64,000 bases of DNA from Squalus acanthias. Lineage: Eukaryota. The notes beneath the pieces were generated by a model. It was given only the letters and a program-made list of their open reading frames with translations. It searched no databases and was not told the DNA's origin. The stretch spans positions 5,084,001-5,148,000 of the forward strand of contig JASTWF010000034.1 of NCBI GenBank assembly GCA_030390025.1, written 5' to 3'. This document shows positions 61,339 through 64,000 of this stretch, piece after piece (the first letter of the stretch is position 1; each line of letters starts with the position of its first letter). The translations under genes were made by a program, and so were the position numbers.

Positions 61339-64000
61339 TCAATCCAGGAATGTTATTCCCAGGGCAGCCTAGATTACACTGCTCCCACCTCAATACAGGA
61401 ATTTCATTCCCAGGGCTGCCTAGATTACACTGCTCCCTCCTCAATCCAGGAATTTCATTCCCAGGGCTGCCTAGATTACACTGCTCCTTCCTCAATCCAG
61501 GAATGTGATTCCCAGGGCTGCCTAGATTACACTGCTCCCACCTCAATCCAGGAATATCATTCCCAGGGTTGCCTAGATTACACTGCTCCCAACTCAATCC
61601 AGGAATGTGATTCCCAGGGCTGCCTAGATTACACTGCTCCCACCTCAATCCAGGAATGTGATTCCCAGGGCTGCCTCGATTACACTGCTCCCACCTCAAT
61701 CCAGGAATGTGATTCCCAGGGCTGCCTAGTATACACTGCTCCCACCTCAATCCAGGAATTTCATTCCCAGGGCTGCCTAGATTACACTGCTCCCACCTCA
61801 ATCCAGGAATGTCATTCCCAGGACAGCCTAGATTACACTGCTCCCACCTCAATCCAGGAATTTCATTCCCAGGGCTGCCTAGATTACACTGCTCCCACCT
61901 CAATCCAGGAATTTCATTCCCAGGGCTGCCTAGATTACACTGCTCCCACCTCAATCCAGGAATTTGATTCCCAGGGCTGCCTAGATTACACTGGTCCCGC
62001 CTCAATCCAGGAATTTGATTCCCAGGGCTGCCTAGATTACACTGCTCCCACCTCAATCCAGGAATGTGATTCCCAGGGCTGCCTAGATTACACTGCTCCC
62101 ACCTCAATCCAGGAATGTGATTCCCAGGGCTGCCTAGATTACACTGCTCCCACCTCAATCCAGGAATTTCATTCCCAGGGCTGCCTAGATTACACTGCTC
62201 CCACCTCAATCCAGGAATGTGATTCCCAGGGACTGCCTAGATTACACTGCTCCCGCCTCAATCCAGGAATTTCATTCCCAGGGCTGCCTAGATTACACTG
62301 CTCCCACCTCAATCCAAGAATGAAATTCCCAGGGCTGCCTAGATTACACTGCTCCCGCCTCAATCCAGGAATGTGATTCCCAGGACAGCCTAGATTACAC
62401 TGCTCCCACCTCAATCCAGGAATTTCATTCCCAGGCACAGCCTAGATTACACTGCTCCCGCCTCAATCCAGGAATTTCATTCCCAGGGCTGCCTAGATTA
62501 CACTGCTCCCACCTCAATCCAGGAATTTGATTCCCAGGGCTGCCCAGATTACACTGCTCCCACCTCAATCCAGGAATTTCATTCCCAGGGCTGCCTAGAT
62601 TACGCTGCTCCCACCTCAGTCCAGGAATTTCATTCCCAGGCACAGCCTAGATTACACTGCTCCCACCTCAATCCAGGAATGTGATTCCCAGGGCTGCCTA
62701 GATTACACTGCTCCCACCTCAATCCAGGAATGTGATTCCCAGGGCTGCCTAGATTACACTGCTCCCACCTCAATCCAGGAATTTCATTCCCAGGGCTGCC
62801 TAGATTACACTGCTCCCACCTCAGTCCAGGAATTTCAATTCCCAGTGCTGCCTAGATTACACTGCTCCCGACTCAATCCAGGAATGTGATTCCCAGGGCT
62901 GCCCAGATTACACTGCTCCCACCTCAATCCAGGAATGTGATTCCCAGGACAGCCTAGATTACACTGCTCCCAACTCAATCCAGGAATGTGATTCCCAGGG
63001 CTGCCTAGATTACACTGCTCCCGACTCAATCCAGAATTTCATTCCCAGGGCTGCCTAGATTACACTGCTCCCACCTCAATCCAGGAATTTCATTCCCAGG
63101 GCTGCCTAGATTACACTGCTCCCACCTGAATCCAGGAATGTGATTCCCAGGGCTGCTTAGATTACACTGCTCCCACCTCAATCCAGGAATGTGATTCCCA
63201 GGGCTGCATAGATTACACTGCTCCCGCCTCAATCCAGGAATGTGATTCCCAGGGCTGCATAGATTACACTGCTCCCACCTGAATCCAGGAATGTGATTCC
63301 CAGTGCTGCCTAGATTACACTGCTACCTCCTCAATCCAGAAATGTCATCACCAGGGCTGCCTAGATTACACTGCTCCCACCTCAATCCAGGAATGTGATT
63401 CCCAGGGCTGCCTAGATTACACTGCTCCCACCTCAGTCCAGGAATTTCATTCCCAGGCACAGCCTAGATTACACTGCTCCCACCTCAATCCAGGAATGTG
63501 ATTTCCAGGGCTGCCTAGAATACACTGCTCCCACCTCAATCCAGGAATTTCATTCCCAGGGCTGCCTAGATTACACTGCTCCCGCCTCAGTCCAGGAATT
63601 TCATTCCAAGGTTGCCTACATTACACTGCTCCCGACTCAATCCAGGAATTTCATTCCCAGGGACTGCCTACATTACACTGCTCCCACCTCAGTCCAGGAA
63701 TGTCATTCCCAGGGCTGCCTAGATTACACTGCTCCCACCTCAGTCCAGGAATTTCATTCCCAGGCACAGCCTAGATTACACTGCTCCCACCTCAATCCAG
63801 GAATTTCATTCCCAGGGCTGTCTAGATTACACTGCTCCCACCTCAGTCCAGGAATTTCATTCCCAGGGCTGTCTAGATTACATTGCTCCCACCTCAATCC
63901 AGGAATTTCATTCCCAGGACAGCCTAGATTACACTGCTCCCGCCTCAATCCAGGAATTTCATTCCCAGGGCTGTCTAGATTACATTGCTCTCACCTCAGT
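61329..64000. repeat. 51-bp satellite (CTCAATCCAGGAATGTGATTCCCAGGGCTGCCTAGATTACACTGCTCCCAC), open at window end
   Basis: Period 51, giving a 17-aa periodicity in the minus-strand ORFs. Highly homogeneous. Confidence 0.97.

Noticed and set aside
61223..63948. 17-aa repeat ORFs (PGLRWEQCNLGSPGNEI)
   Set aside because: 51-bp satellite with frequent 1-bp indels that break the frame.

Overview
Eukaryotic, repeat-dominated window, most likely from a cartilaginous fish (shark). That is inferred from the CR1-type LINEs, a Deu-domain SINE and a GPR139-like receptor of the type expanded in sharks. More than half of it is tandem repeat, from eleven families: 46, 41, 38, ~90, 30, 85, 67, 32, GC-rich ~30, 54 and 51 bp. 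Between the arrays lie: (i) six tandem, frameshifted SEA-domain-like exon modules on the minus strand (16.4-30.3 kb), including a near-perfect 4708-bp duplication; (ii) a CpG-island promoter followed by a fragmented PEX5 pseudogene with one exon duplicated; (iii) an orphan promoter/exon fragment; (iv) a two-coding-exon GPR139-like class A GPCR, apparently intact, whose intron holds a decayed PIF/Harbinger transposon (transposase plus Myb/SANT gene); (v) three Penelope-type fragments carrying minimal hammerhead-ribozyme motifs; (vi) a tandem YY1-motif array. Most ORFs in the supplied track are artefacts of stop-poor satellites. I find no demonstrably new system. The best leads are the minimal hammerheads, the SEA module array and the PEX5 mosaic. 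All family assignments come from recalled motifs, not database searches.
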